64,000 nt of DNA, from contig JAWLHY010000009.1 of the NCBI GenBank assembly GCA_041690135.1, forward strand, positions 128,001 through 192,000, read 5' to 3'. Below the pieces are notes generated by a model. That model made no database searches. It saw only the letters and a program-made list of their open reading frames with translations, and was not told the DNA's origin. Positions 1 to 10,403 of this stretch are shown here, piece by piece. This DNA comes from Armatimonadota bacterium (GTDB lineage: Bacteria > Armatimonadota > SYMT01). Made by a program: the position numbers and the translations under genes. Numbering within the stretch: position 1 is the stretch's first letter; the number at the start of each line of letters is the position of its first letter.

Positions 1-57
1 AATCTCGTAAGCACTACCGAAATCGTTTGGCTCGCCGACTCCGCATCGACGCATCCC

Positions 58-2043
58 GTGCATCATCTCCTGGCAATTCTCACGCTGGTCCTCTCCCTGG
101 CTGCTTGCGCCGGTTATGGGTCGGTCTGGGTCCACTTTCTTAGCCCTCGTAAGCGGCGGGACCCTCTGCGCCCCGGTTACGCCCTGGCGCTGGGGATGGG
201 CACGCTCGCTTATCTCATCCTCGGGGTGGGCCTGGCAGGCTTCCTCAACCCCGCCGTCTTGGGCCTGCTGGTTGGCGTGGGGATACTGCTGCTGGGCAGG
301 GAGCTCTGGCAATGCCGACGTGCCGCGACAGGCTCCCTCCCGGAGCCGCAGGAGGGAGTTGCGGGCGGCGCGACGGCCCCACGGTCGCGCTCGTGGCGGG
401 TCTCGTCGGCCGGCTCGTCCGGAAGTGGGCGTGATCCCGAGCACCTGGTCGCGCTCGCCCTCTGGGCCGTTAACGGGTTGCTGGCTCTGGCTACGCTGAT
501 CTCCGCCTTGCATCCCCTGGATGGGCTCGATTGGGATAGCCTCAGCTACCACCTGGCCGCCCCGAAGATTTACCTGCGCGAAGGCCGGATCGGCTTCATT
601 GCCTACGACTCGCATACCCACTTCCCGTTTACGATGGAGATGCTCTACATGCTGGGCCTCCAGTTCGGCGGGGTGGGCGGCGCCAAGTTGTTCCACTGGG
701 CCGCGGGCTGGCTCACGGCGCTGGCAGTCGGAATCTGGAGTTCGCGACTCACGGTGCAGGGGCGGCCGGCACCGGGCTGGACCGGGCCGTTGGCGGCCGC
801 GCTCTTCGCCGCGATGCCGATCGTTTTGTGGGAAATGGGGACGGCCTACGTCGACCTGGGCACCGCCCTGTTCCAGTTGCTGGCCCTGGCGGCCCTCGTC
901 AATGCCGTAACGCGGGAAGAGGGGATCACCCTTCGCGATGCCGTGCTGGTCGGAGTCCTTTCCGGGTTCGCGCTCGGCACCAAGATGACGGCGCTGCTCC
1001 AGTTCGGCCTGCTGGGGCTGGGGCTGCTGGTCTGGGCGCTCCGGCAGCCGGGAGGGAATAGGGCGAACCGCCGGGCGGCGATCCAGGCGGTGTTCCTCTT
1101 TGGCCTGGTCGGGTTGGCGGTCGGATCCCCCTGGTACATCAAGAGCTGGCTCTGGACCCACAACCCGGTCTATCCGTTCTTCTACAGCTTCTTTTCCAAC
1201 TCGTACAGTTGGACCCGGGAGGCGGAAATCGCCTACGCCACGGAGCAGGCTTCCTTCGGACGGGGGCGCGGTCCCGAGGCGCTGTTGCTGGCGCTCTGGA
1301 ACCTGGGGATGCACGCCCGGGACTTTTACATCAACTACCGCTCGCTGGCCGGGGACCAGATCGGCACGCTGGGGCCCGTGTGGGCGGGGCTGGTGCCGCT
1401 CCTCTTCTGGACCCGCGGGGTGGACCGGCGCGCGTGGCTTTGCTTGCTTTACTTCGGCGGATCCCTGGGGTTCTGGTTTCTGCTCAGCCACCAGTCGCGC
1501 TACCTGGTTCCCATCTTCGCGCCGCTGGCCGTCGTGGTGGCGGTGGGGGTGGCGGCACTCGTCTCCCGCCCGCTGCGGATCGCGGCAGGCGTGTTCGTGG
1601 CGCTTTCCCTGGTGATGAGCGTGAAGTTGCACGCACCGCTGGCGCAGACTTCCGCGCTGGTGGTTTCGGGGGCCGTCAGTGAGGACGAATACCTGCGCGT
1701 CAGCCTGCCGGGCCTCTACGAAGCCAGCCTCTACGTGAACCAGCTCCCCTCGGATTCTCGCGTGGCACTGTACCAGGAAACCCGCGGGTTCTATATCGAC
1801 CGTAACTACTTCTGGGCGAACCCGCTGCAGCACAACCTGATTCCTTACGACCGTCTCCGCAGCGGGGCCGAGTTGGTGGACTGGCTGCAGCGGTTCGGCA
1901 ACACCCACGTGCTGATCAACTATGGGTTCAGCAAGGGCACCGAGGCCTCGCAGTGGTACCGGCTCCTGATGGACGCCATTGAGTCCCGTCGCCTCGTGGA
2001 GAGTTTCCGCTCTCGGGGTGTGGTCGTATACGAAATTCGATGA
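58..2043 (+). CDS. Polytopic membrane protein, GT-C/ArnT-PMT-like glycosyltransferase (DUF1420-like)
   Basis: Many hydrophobic helices; motifs WDSLSYHLAAPK, HFPFTMEMLY, PWYIKSWLWTHNPVYPFF, SRYLVP; overlaps the next gene (ATGA). Confidence 0.7.
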   Translation: MHHLLAILTLVLSLAACAGYGSVWVHFLSPRKRRDPLRPGYALALGMGTLAYLILGVGLAGFLNPAVLGLLVGVGILLLGRELWQCRRAATGSLPEPQEGVAGGATAPRSRSWRVSSAGSSGSGRDPEHLVALALWAVNGLLALATLISALHPLDGLDWDSLSYHLAAPKIYLREGRIGFIAYDSHTHFPFTMEMLYMLGLQFGGVGGAKLFHWAAGWLTALAVGIWSSRLTVQGRPAPGWTGPLAAALFAAMPIVLWEMGTAYVDLGTALFQLLALAALVNAVTREEGITLRDAVLVGVLSGFALGTKMTALLQFGLLGLGLLVWALRQPGGNRANRRAAIQAVFLFGLVGLAVGSPWYIKSWLWTHNPVYPFFYSFFSNSYSWTREAEIAYATEQASFGRGRGPEALLLALWNLGMHARDFYINYRSLAGDQIGTLGPVWAGLVPLLFWTRGVDRRAWLCLLYFGGSLGFWFLLSHQSRYLVPIFAPLAVVVAVGVAALVSRPLRIAAGVFVALSLVMSVKLHAPLAQTSALVVSGAVSEDEYLRVSLPGLYEASLYVNQLPSDSRVALYQETRGFYIDRNYFWANPLQHNLIPYDRLRSGAELVDWLQRFGNTHVLINYGFSKGTEASQWYRLLMDAIESRRLVESFRSRGVVVYEIR

Positions 2044-3635
2044 ACCGTGCCATCCTGTTGATCCTGGCCCTCTCGGCCCTGCTGGCGTTCGGCTACGCCC
2101 GCTCCACCCCGATTGGTGCGGCGCCCGATGAGGGGCCGCACCTCCAGTTCGTGCGCGTGGTCGCCGAGGAGCGCCGGCTACCCGTCCTGAACACCACGCA
2201 GCGCCGCGCCTCCTTTGCGGATCTCGACTACGAGTCCCACCAGGCGCCCCTCTACTACGTGCTGGCGGCGCCCTTCTACCAGGTGGGGAAGGCGGTGGCG
2301 GGCGAAGCCGGAGCCGGCCAGGGTGCGCGGCTCCTTTCTGTGCTGATGGGGCTGGCAGGCACGGCGCTGGTGTGGCTGCTGGCGCGAGAGTTGTTCCCGG
2401 CTCGTCCCGCCCTCTGGGCCGTGGCGGCCGCCCTGGCTGCCTTCCTGCCGATGCGCCTCCACGTGATGGCCTCCGTCAGCAACGACACCGCCGCCGAGGC
2501 CACCGCCTCGCTGGCGCTGCTGTTCATGGTCCGTAGCCTCACCCGGAGTTGGGGAATCCGGGAAGCTGCGTTCCTGGGCCTATCCCTGGGGGTAGCGCTC
2601 CTGGCCAAGCAGAGCAACCTCATGCTCTTTCCCCCGGCCCTGGTGGCCATCTTCCTGGCCTCTCGCCAGGTGCCGGAAGCCAGGGGCCAGGGTACGGAAG
2701 GAGAACAATTGACAATTGACAATTATCAATTATCAATTGTCAATTCCGGAAAGACCCCCAAGGACAAGAGGCAAAAGGCAGAAGGCAGAAGGCAGAAGGC
2801 CGTCTCACCCTCCCCCCCTCGCCCCTCCACCCAGCCCCCCGACCCCTTCCTAGGCCAATTCCTCCGCACGGGCCTTGTGGTCGCCGGGGTGGTGTTGTTG
2901 CTCGCCGGCTGGTGGTTCGTACGGAATCAGCAGCTTTATGGCGACCCGATGGCGAAGAAAGCGTTCGACTGGTATTTCGCGGATACTCCTACCTTCGAGG
3001 CCTTCAAGTCGATCGGGTACACGTTCGAGATGTTCCTGAAGCGGTTGGTCTTCCCGACCACATTCGCCACCTTCTGGGGTGCTTTCGGATACCTTGTACC
3101 GGACAAGCCGTACCTCTTCATGGGGGCGTATGGTCCCGGAGAGCCCAGTCGCGCCTGGGGCTACCCCCCGAAGTCGTGGGTGTACCCCATCCTGTTCTAC
3201 CTCACGCTCTTTGTGCTGCTGGGGCTGGTGGTCGGGTACCTCGCCCGCAGGTTCTCCCGGCCGGATCTGGCGGCAAGTGCTTCTCCGGAAGCGGCCCCGG
3301 ACGGCCGTATGGCCGGACTGGGTTTGCTCGGGTTGCACGCCCTCTTCGTTTTTTCCGCGTTCCTCAACTTCAACGCGACGTACTTCCAGGCCCAGGGTCG
3401 TTACCTCTTCCCTGCCCTGGGCTTCCTCGCGGTGGTCTTCGCCGGCGGCTGGCTGGCGTGGCCGTGGGCCGCTGCCGGCCTGTTCTCACAGAAGACGACC
3501 ACGGGTGCTAAGAAGAACATGGGGAATGTGGAGGCCGTGGCCGGTTGGTTGATGGGGGCCGCCCTGCTGCTTCTGGCTACCTACGCGCTGTTTGGGGTTG
3601 TCCATCCGGCCTTCAACGCTCCCCCTGTCTCGTGA
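2040..3635 (+). CDS. GT-C/family 39-like membrane glycosyltransferase (DUF2142-like)
   Basis: PDEGPHLQF, YESHQAPLYY, SVSND, QGRYLFP motifs; about 11 TM segments; low-complexity repeat-derived loop at about 2680-2850. Confidence 0.7.
   Translation: MNRAILLILALSALLAFGYARSTPIGAAPDEGPHLQFVRVVAEERRLPVLNTTQRRASFADLDYESHQAPLYYVLAAPFYQVGKAVAGEAGAGQGARLLSVLMGLAGTALVWLLARELFPARPALWAVAAALAAFLPMRLHVMASVSNDTAAEATASLALLFMVRSLTRSWGIREAAFLGLSLGVALLAKQSNLMLFPPALVAIFLASRQVPEARGQGTEGEQLTIDNYQLSIVNSGKTPKDKRQKAEGRRQKAVSPSPPRPSTQPPDPFLGQFLRTGLVVAGVVLLLAGWWFVRNQQLYGDPMAKKAFDWYFADTPTFEAFKSIGYTFEMFLKRLVFPTTFATFWGAFGYLVPDKPYLFMGAYGPGEPSRAWGYPPKSWVYPILFYLTLFVLLGLVVGYLARRFSRPDLAASASPEAAPDGRMAGLGLLGLHALFVFSAFLNFNATYFQAQGRYLFPALGFLAVVFAGGWLAWPWAAAGLFSQKTTTGAKKNMGNVEAVAGWLMGAALLLLATYALFGVVHPAFNAPPVS
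2705..2800. repeat. Heptamer tandem repeats inside a CDS: palindromic (A/T)CAATT(G/A) x6, then GGCA(A/G)AA x4
   Basis: acaattg acaattg acaatta tcaatta tcaattg tcaatt (2705-2745); ggcaaaa ggcagaa ggcagaa ggcagaa (2770-2797). Confidence 0.85.
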
Positions 3636-3744
3636 GCGGCGTGTATTCCTGAAACGAGCAGCCGGCCGTGGTACCCAATGAACCCTCAACTACCGGCAAC
3701 CAACACTCAATGGAGAGGAGTTGCGGGCCGGGAGGAGTCCCGTA

Positions 3745-4503
3745 ATGATTAGCGTGAACGCGGTTCAGGCGGGGACGACTGTCCCAGAAACGATAGAATC
3801 AGCGGAAAGCCCCAAGCGGCTTTCCCTTTCCGTAATCATCCCCGCCTATAACGAACGGGAGACGATCCAGGCCGCGTTGGCACGGGTGCGGGCGCTGGAA
3901 GGAGAACTGGGACAACCGCCGGAGATCGTCGTCGTGGATGACTGTTCTCGCGACGGCACCCGGGAGATCCTGGAAGCGGAGCCGGGCATTGTTCTGGTTA
4001 AGCATGCCGCCAATCAGGGCAAGGGAATGGCGATCCGGACCGGATTGCAGCACGTCACCGGGGATGTGGTCGCCATTCAGGACGCGGACCTGGAGTATGA
4101 TCCTCGGGATCTGTTGCGCCTGATGGAGCCCATTGCCCGAGGGGAGGCGCGCGTGGTTTATGGCTCGCGGTTTCTCCGGGGCCGGCCGGCCATGCAGTTG
4201 CCGAATTATATTTGTAACCGCCTGCTAGCGTGGACCGCAAACCTCCTCTATGGCGCGCGCTTGACGGACGAGGCTACCTGCTATAAGGTGTTCGACGCGG
4301 CACTGATCCGCTCGCTGCCCCTGGAGTGCCGCCGCTTCGAGTTTTGCCCTGAGGTCACCGCGCGTGTGCGGAAGGCGGGAGAGCGGATCGTCGAACTGCC
4401 GATCACCTACACCCCCCGGTCCTACGACAGCGGCAAGAAAATTCGCTGGTGGGATGGAGTGAGCGCCCTGTGGACCCTGCTGAAGTATCGATTCCGAGCG
4501 TGA
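3745..4503 (+). CDS. Glycosyltransferase family 2 (polyprenol-phosphate glycosyltransferase, DPM1-like)
   Basis: SVIIPAYNE, VVDDCSRDGT, NQGKGMA, IQDADLEYDP, VYGSRF; GGAGGAG RBS before ATG 3745. Confidence 0.9.
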   Translation: MISVNAVQAGTTVPETIESAESPKRLSLSVIIPAYNERETIQAALARVRALEGELGQPPEIVVVDDCSRDGTREILEAEPGIVLVKHAANQGKGMAIRTGLQHVTGDVVAIQDADLEYDPRDLLRLMEPIARGEARVVYGSRFLRGRPAMQLPNYICNRLLAWTANLLYGARLTDEATCYKVFDAALIRSLPLECRRFEFCPEVTARVRKAGERIVELPITYTPRSYDSGKKIRWWDGVSALWTLLKYRFRA

Positions 4504-5336
4504 CCCCGCGGAGGGTTTTGGAAATCTCGTGTCTCCTCCTACTCTCCGTGGCGGCGGTCGGCTGCGGCGGCGGGAAGCGGGAGGGAGGCGCCCAGCCGGA
4601 CCTGGCGCGAGAAATCCGCCGCCAGGTGAAGGGTGACGAGAAGAATAAGCCGGGCGAGAAACCGGTAGTTCCTCCTACCTTTAAAGTCTCGGCCACCGGA
4701 AACAAATTCACGATCGACGACCGCCAGGGCCGTCGCCTGATCGAGGCCCAGGTGGAAAAGGTGGACGGCACCTTTCAGCCCGGAAAAGGACAGCAGGGCG
4801 TGGTGAAGTTCGCCCAGGCAAAGTGCCGTCTCTTTCAACAGGGGAAGCCGCAAATGGACATGCAGGCGCCCTTCGCCACCTGGGATGGCGAGCGGCTGGT
4901 GGCCGACCGTACCGCGCATGCCGTAACTTCCGATGGCCAGACCGTGGTGGACGCGCAGCACGCCGTGTGGACCTCCGATACCGGCGCCTTGGACCTCCGC
5001 CAGGCGAAGGTGCAGGGGTTGAAACAGGGAAAGCTCGACTTTACGGCGGAAGGGCGCGTGGCGCGCGTGTTAGGACCGACGGTGACCGTGCCGTCCGGCG
5101 GGAAGGCATGGAACCCCCTGGGCCAGCAAGTGGAAGCCGATCGCATCGTGTGGCAACGGGAAACGGGCAAGCTGGACGCGAATGGCCACGTGGTGCTCAC
5201 GGATGGAGAGACCGTGATCACCGGTCGCCGCCTGCTGGCCGACACGCGCTTGAAGCGCGGCCGGATCACCGGCGGTGCGAAGGTTGTAACGAAGAAGCCG
5301 GCGCGGCAACGCGCGGTGGCGAGGAACTCCCAATGA
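4500..5336 (+). CDS. LptC/OstA-like lipoprotein
   Basis: GTG start overlapping the GT2 stop; lipobox-like AAVG-C; beta-jellyroll-like motifs (EADRIVW, LDANGHVVL); directly upstream of lptA/lptB. Confidence 0.6.
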   Translation: MTPRRVLEISCLLLLSVAAVGCGGGKREGGAQPDLAREIRRQVKGDEKNKPGEKPVVPPTFKVSATGNKFTIDDRQGRRLIEAQVEKVDGTFQPGKGQQGVVKFAQAKCRLFQQGKPQMDMQAPFATWDGERLVADRTAHAVTSDGQTVVDAQHAVWTSDTGALDLRQAKVQGLKQGKLDFTAEGRVARVLGPTVTVPSGGKAWNPLGQQVEADRIVWQRETGKLDANGHVVLTDGETVITGRRLLADTRLKRGRITGGAKVVTKKPARQRAVARNSQ

Positions 5337-6331
5337 TCAACAGCAGACTTCTTACTACCGTCGCCCTCGGACTGGCGTTCAGCACGAGCGCGATCTGGAG
5401 CGCGCAGTCGCAGGCCCAGCAGACTCCGCAGGTGAAGCAGCAGGTGGGAGAACTGGAGATCCTGGCGGACGAGATCGAGTTCGACGCGGACAAGAACCAG
5501 TACATCCTCGCCGGCAACGTCGATTTGAAATCGAAGGACACACACCTCACCTCGGAGAAGATGACGGTCCAGCTTACCCCAAAGAAGGAACTGGTATCGG
5601 CGCTCTGCGAGGGCAAGGTCTTCATCGATAAGAAGAACCCCGAAGAGGGGACCACGGTCACCGCGCGCAGCCAGACGGCCACCTACCACGAGGTGCAGCA
5701 GCATGCTGATCTCAAGGGTGCCGTCCGGGTCGAGCAAAGCTCCCCGCGCCTGGCAAAGCCGGCCGTCATTATCGGTGATAAGGTCGATCTCGATCTCAAA
5801 GCGGGGCGCAATGTCGTGCTGCGCGGCCCCGGGGCCCAGGCCAAGGTCCACATCGAGCCGAAGGGCGAAGCCGGTAAACCGGTCCCGGAGCCGGTAGACC
5901 TCACCGCCGACCGGATCGAGATGAACAGCAACACCCAGCAGTACGTGGCGACCGGTAAGCCCGCGATGATCCGCCCCTCGTCCCAACTGCGTGCGAAGAT
6001 CATCCGTTTCGAGTTGGATGATAAGGGCACCGAGGTGAAGATTGCTCGCGCCGAAGAGGACGTGGTGATCGACAACAAGAGCGAGAACGGCAGCCTCCTG
6101 CACGCCACCGGTAACCTGGCCACGTATCGCAAACCGGAAAACCTGGTCACGCTGGATGGCGCCGTAGCCGCCACGGTTACCCGTCCCGGGGATGAGCAGC
6201 CTTCCACCTATGCGGGCGATCACTTCGAGTACAACCTGAAGTCCGGCGGGCACAAGCTCTCCCGAGCCAAGGTAACCCTCCGCCAGGAAAAGAAGGAAGA
6301 GAAAAAGCCCGACGCCAAGGACGGCGACTAG
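5333..6331 (+). CDS. lptA: LptA/OstA-family LPS transport periplasmic protein (tandem OstA domains)
   Basis: Signal peptide; repeated ADEIEFD/ADRIEMN, LAGNVDL, ATGKP motifs; ATGA overlap with the upstream gene. Confidence 0.7.
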   Translation: MINSRLLTTVALGLAFSTSAIWSAQSQAQQTPQVKQQVGELEILADEIEFDADKNQYILAGNVDLKSKDTHLTSEKMTVQLTPKKELVSALCEGKVFIDKKNPEEGTTVTARSQTATYHEVQQHADLKGAVRVEQSSPRLAKPAVIIGDKVDLDLKAGRNVVLRGPGAQAKVHIEPKGEAGKPVPEPVDLTADRIEMNSNTQQYVATGKPAMIRPSSQLRAKIIRFELDDKGTEVKIARAEEDVVIDNKSENGSLLHATGNLATYRKPENLVTLDGAVAATVTRPGDEQPSTYAGDHFEYNLKSGGHKLSRAKVTLRQEKKEEKKPDAKDGD

Positions 6332-6428
6332 AAGTGAGTGGTTCTGACCAGCCGCCCCTGTGCTCGCACGGCCTCGCCGATGGTGGCCGCGAGCCTGGGT
6401 TACGGACTCTTCAGTCACACCTCCGGAA

Positions 6429-6477
6429 AAAGTCCGCGCAGGCGGACTTTGGTCGGTTAGCCGCGGGTTTCAACCCG
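6429..6477. repeat. REP-like palindrome (AAAGTCCGC-GCAG-GCGGACTTT ... TAGCCGCGGGTTTCAACCCG)
   Basis: Intergenic hairpin; related architecture at 58910-58945. Confidence 0.55.
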
Positions 6478-6488
6478 AGGACCTGTTT

Positions 6489-7244
6489 TTGAGCACCACC
6501 ATCCGCGCGGAAAACCTGGTCAAGAGCTTTCGCCGCCGCCGCGTCGTGGACGGGATCTCCATCCACGTCAGCCAGGGGGAGGTGGTTGGGCTCCTTGGCA
6601 AAAACGGCGCCGGGAAGACGACCACCTTCTACATGGTGGTGGGCCTGCTGCGGCCCGACAGCGGCAAGATCTATCTGGATGACCGCGACTTGAGTCGCGC
6701 TCCCATGTACAAGCGTGCCCTGGCCGGGGTCGGCTATCTTCCGCAGGAAGCTTCGGTGTTCCGCAAGCTCACGGTGGAGGAGAACCTTCAGTTGGTGCTC
6801 CAGATGCAGCCGCAGACGGTGCGGCAGCGCCTGAGCCCGCTGGCGACGCGAAAGGCGCACCGGCAGCGCATCGATATGCTGCTGGAAGAGTTCAACCTCA
6901 CCCGGCTGCGCCGGCAGCGGGGCGCGTGGCTCTCCGGCGGCGAGCGGCGCCGCGTGGAAATTGCGCGAGCGCTCGTGACCGAGCCGCGGTTCATCCTGCT
7001 GGACGAGCCGTTCACCGGGATCGATCCGATTGAGGTGGACTCGATCCAGCGAATGGTCGAAGATTTGAAGCAGCGAAACATCGGCGTGCTGATCACCGAT
7101 CATAACGTACGGGAGACGCTGGCGATCACCGATCGCAGCTATATCGTGCGGGACGGCCAGATCATTTCGTCCGGCACCTCCGATGAGATCGCCGCCGACC
7201 CCATTGCCCGCAAGTTCTACCTGGGCGAAGATTTCCGGTTCTGA
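6489..7244 (+). CDS. lptB: LPS export ABC transporter ATP-binding protein
   Basis: Walker [57 protein letters not shown]-terminal FYLGEDF. Confidence 0.95.
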   Translation: MSTTIRAENLVKSFRRRRVVDGISIHVSQGEVVGLLGKNGAGKTTTFYMVVGLLRPDSGKIYLDDRDLSRAPMYKRALAGVGYLPQEASVFRKLTVEENLQLVLQMQPQTVRQRLSPLATRKAHRQRIDMLLEEFNLTRLRRQRGAWLSGGERRRVEIARALVTEPRFILLDEPFTGIDPIEVDSIQRMVEDLKQRNIGVLITDHNVRETLAITDRSYIVRDGQIISSGTSDEIAADPIARKFYLGEDFRF

Positions 7245-7266
7245 CCTGCCGGGTCTCGAGAGGCTG

Positions 7267-8634
7267 ATGGAAACCGACATCTCCAAAGACCAACCGGCCG
7301 CCGAAGCACGGCCGGCGGGCGGACCGGACGGCACCGGCGACCCTTCCGGGCAGTCGGCTTCCGAGGCAGCCGCGCGCGCGCTGCGGGAGAAGGCGCGCCC
7401 GCACCGTCGGGAAGTACGGTTCGGGCTCATGGACGTCGTCTGGTTTCTCCCGCGCCAGGTGATGGGTCTCTTCTTTCCGAAGCTGGTCGACCGCTACATC
7501 ATCGGTGAGTTGACGGCGCCGCTGATGTTCGGCTGGACGATGTTCATCGTCCTCTTTGTCTTCTCCCTGAACCTGGTGAAGCTTGGCCAGATGCTGGCCC
7601 GAGGCGCCGATCCCTATATGATCGGCGAGATGCTCTGGCTGCGGGTGATCCTCTCCAGCGTGCTCTGCCTGCCGATGGCCATGCTGCTGTCGGGTTTGCT
7701 CTCGTTCGGGCGGCTGTCCAGCGATAGTGAGTTGGTGGCTACCCAGGCCGGTGGAATTCCCAACTACCGGTTGATCCGGAACGCCTTGCTGCTCGGTCTG
7801 GTGTTGAGCTTCGCGGGCCTGGCTCTAAACGAGTACGTGATCCCTCCCGCGGGCCGGCGCCTCGAGAAACTGGAAGACCAGATCAAGAAACAGGTGGTCG
7901 GGAAACTGGTGGAAGAAGTCATCCAGCAGAAGGTCTTCACCCAGACCGACACCGATAAGGCCGGAAAGATCATGCGGGTGGTGACGGCCTCCCGCTTCGA
8001 GCCCGCCAAACCACCGGCTCCGGCCAAGCTGCATGATGTGACTTACGTCCAGTTTGAGCGGGAGAAGCCGCAGCTCTTAATTCAGGCCGAGCGCGCCGAG
8101 CTAGTGGGCACGGATCTGAAGAAGGGCGAGCAGAAGTGGGGCTTCATCAACGCCGAATTCCAGCTCATGGCATCGGTCACCAACGGGCAGCGCTTCGTCT
8201 GGAACTCGGACTATAAGGAAGTCACCATCAGCGTCCCGCAGGAGGCCACCCAGGGCGGAGGCCTGAAGCTCAAGGACCCCACCGAACTTTCCTACTCCGA
8301 GTTGCGGACCTATATCAAGACGCTTCGGAAGCAGGGTGTGAAGAGAAAGCGCTTGCTGCCGATGCGTGTGGAGCTGGAGCGCAAGCTTTCCGTACCATTC
8401 GCGGCGGTGGTCCTGGCCCTGATCGGCGCTTCGCTCGGCATCCGGCGTCAGCGCTCTACCACGGGGGTCGGCATCGGTCTCAGTCTCCTCATCATCGTCG
8501 TCTACTATATCGGGATGAGCGTGCTGGGAATCATGGGGGAAAGTGGAAAGCTTTCCCCGCGGGAGGCCGCGTGGGGCTGCAACATCGTAGGTTTGCTTGT
8601 GGGGCTATTCCTCGCCTGGCGCAGTTCGCGCTAA
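7267..8634 (+). CDS. LptF/LptG-family LPS export permease
   Basis: LVDRYI, LPMAMLLSGLLSFGRLSSDSELVA, LNEYVIP, 3 TM + periplasmic domain + 3 TM. Confidence 0.9.
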   Translation: METDISKDQPAAEARPAGGPDGTGDPSGQSASEAAARALREKARPHRREVRFGLMDVVWFLPRQVMGLFFPKLVDRYIIGELTAPLMFGWTMFIVLFVFSLNLVKLGQMLARGADPYMIGEMLWLRVILSSVLCLPMAMLLSGLLSFGRLSSDSELVATQAGGIPNYRLIRNALLLGLVLSFAGLALNEYVIPPAGRRLEKLEDQIKKQVVGKLVEEVIQQKVFTQTDTDKAGKIMRVVTASRFEPAKPPAPAKLHDVTYVQFEREKPQLLIQAERAELVGTDLKKGEQKWGFINAEFQLMASVTNGQRFVWNSDYKEVTISVPQEATQGGGLKLKDPTELSYSELRTYIKTLRKQGVKRKRLLPMRVELERKLSVPFAAVVLALIGASLGIRRQRSTTGVGIGLSLLIIVVYYIGMSVLGIMGESGKLSPREAAWGCNIVGLLVGLFLAWRSSR

Positions 8635-8660
8635 TCGGACCGCGGTAGGGGGTTCCGCAG

Positions 8661-9953
8661 ATGGTTACCGCCCTCGTCATCCTGCTGTTACTGACGCTGT
8701 GCGGCTTTATCGCCTACATGGGGGACTTGCTGGGGCGTCGCCTCGGCAAGAAGCGCCTTAGCGTCTTCGGTCTGCGCCCCAAGCACACCGCTATCCTGTT
8801 GACGGTCGTCACCGGCGTCTTGATTGCCGGGTTCACGTTTGGAGCAGCGCTCATCATTGTTCCGGGCTTCCGCCAGGCCGTGATTCACAGCGAGCGGCTG
8901 ATGCGACAGAATCGCGACCTCGCGCGTGAGAACGCGGAGCAGCAGCAGGCGAATGTTCGCCTCGTGCGGACCAACGGCCAGTTGGTAACGGAAAACCAGA
9001 CCCTGGCCGGCAGCAACAAGTCCCTCGTCGAGCAGAACCGGAAACTGGCGGGACAGAACGAGAAGCTGCAGAAGGAAAGTACCCGGCTCGCCGGGGTGAA
9101 CACCCAGCTCAAGGCGGCTAACACGCAACTAAGCGCGGGGAACCAGCGGCTGACTGGCGAGAACCAGCGCCTGATCGCCGACCGCAACCGCCTGGCTAAC
9201 GAACGGACGCGGCTGAGTGAGGAAACGACCGCTCTTCGGCTGCGGGAATACGTGTTCCGGAAAGACGAGTTGCTCGATCGCCGGCCCTTCCCCCCAAACC
9301 CCCCCGCGGAGGTCGTCGCCGATGAGTTCCGGAACCTGCTCCTCTCCGCCGAGGAACAGGCGTTGAAGCGGAACCTCGCTCCCCACGCCGGCGCACCGGC
9401 GGTTACCCTGGTGCCGCCGCGAGGTTCTGGGTTGCGTGCTGCCGACAGCAAATCCGTGCGGTCCTGGCTGATCAAGCGGACCCGGCAGTTCCGCGGCCGT
9501 CCGGTGGCCATCTGGGCGGTGGTAGACAAGAACTGCGTGCGGGGGCAGGCCCTGCAGGTGCGGATCGAATGTTTCGCTAACGACGTAGTGTTCCGCAAAG
9601 GGGAAGAGGTGGCTCATACGCAGGTGGATGGAGCGGACACCCCGGGAGTGATCCTGATGAAGTTCATCGGCTTCCTCCAGTCCACCGTGCGCGATGAGGC
9701 CACGCGGCCGCCGCGTTCTATGATCGCGACCGAGGAACAGGGGCTGGGCGAGATGAACCCTGATGCCGTGCTGGATATCTGCAACCGGATCCGCGAGGTG
9801 GGTGGCCCCGCTGTCATCTTTGCGCGTGCTCGTACCGATACGCGGCGGGCCGGGCCCCTCAACCTGGAGTTCGAAGTCCGCCCCGCCAGTGCCGTCCTGC
9901 CGAAGTCTACCGGCTTGCAAGTGCCCTGGACGCGCCGCGCGGGCGGACAGTGA
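8661..9953 (+). CDS. DUF3084 domain membrane-anchored coiled-coil protein
   Basis: GFIAYMGDLLGRRLGKKRLSVFGLRPKHTA N-terminus followed by a heptad coiled coil. Confidence 0.85.
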   Translation: MVTALVILLLLTLCGFIAYMGDLLGRRLGKKRLSVFGLRPKHTAILLTVVTGVLIAGFTFGAALIIVPGFRQAVIHSERLMRQNRDLARENAEQQQANVRLVRTNGQLVTENQTLAGSNKSLVEQNRKLAGQNEKLQKESTRLAGVNTQLKAANTQLSAGNQRLTGENQRLIADRNRLANERTRLSEETTALRLREYVFRKDELLDRRPFPPNPPAEVVADEFRNLLLSAEEQALKRNLAPHAGAPAVTLVPPRGSGLRAADSKSVRSWLIKRTRQFRGRPVAIWAVVDKNCVRGQALQVRIECFANDVVFRKGEEVAHTQVDGADTPGVILMKFIGFLQSTVRDEATRPPRSMIATEEQGLGEMNPDAVLDICNRIREVGGPAVIFARARTDTRRAGPLNLEFEVRPASAVLPKSTGLQVPWTRRAGGQ

Positions 9954-9959
9954 TTTACC

Positions 9960-10403
9960 GTGAAGGGTGACCCCGTCCTCCCCCGTGTTTTGGCCGTGGA
10001 TCCCGGCCGGGATAAGTGCGGTCTGGCAGTGGTGGACCCCGAGCGCGGCGTGTTGGCGCGTGGAATTGTCCCCACGGTTTCCCTGGAATCGGCGGTGCGC
10101 GAGTGGATACAGGAGCAGCGGCCCCATCGGCTGGTGATGGGTGCGGGTACCTCTCACCGGGAAGCCCGCCAATGCCTGGAGCGAATGGGACTGCCCGTGG
10201 ACGTGGTATGCGAAAGCCACACGACCGAACGGGCGCGTGTCCGGTACTTTGAGGAACACCCCCCGCGGAGCTGGCGGCGTTTGATCCCTTTAGGTCTGCA
10301 GGTGCCGCCCCTTCCGGTGGATGATTATGCAGCAGTGCTGATCGCGGAGGACTATCTGGAGTCCCTTACCGCGGCTGAAGTAGGAGCAAGAGACGATCGA
10401 TGA
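9960..10403 (+). CDS. YqgF/RuvX-like RNase H-fold nuclease
   Basis: LAVDPGRDKCGLAV, ESHTTERAR, VDDYAAVLIA; commonly next to DUF3084. Confidence 0.8.
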   Translation: MKGDPVLPRVLAVDPGRDKCGLAVVDPERGVLARGIVPTVSLESAVREWIQEQRPHRLVMGAGTSHREARQCLERMGLPVDVVCESHTTERARVRYFEEHPPRSWRRLIPLGLQVPPLPVDDYAAVLIAEDYLESLTAAEVGARDDR

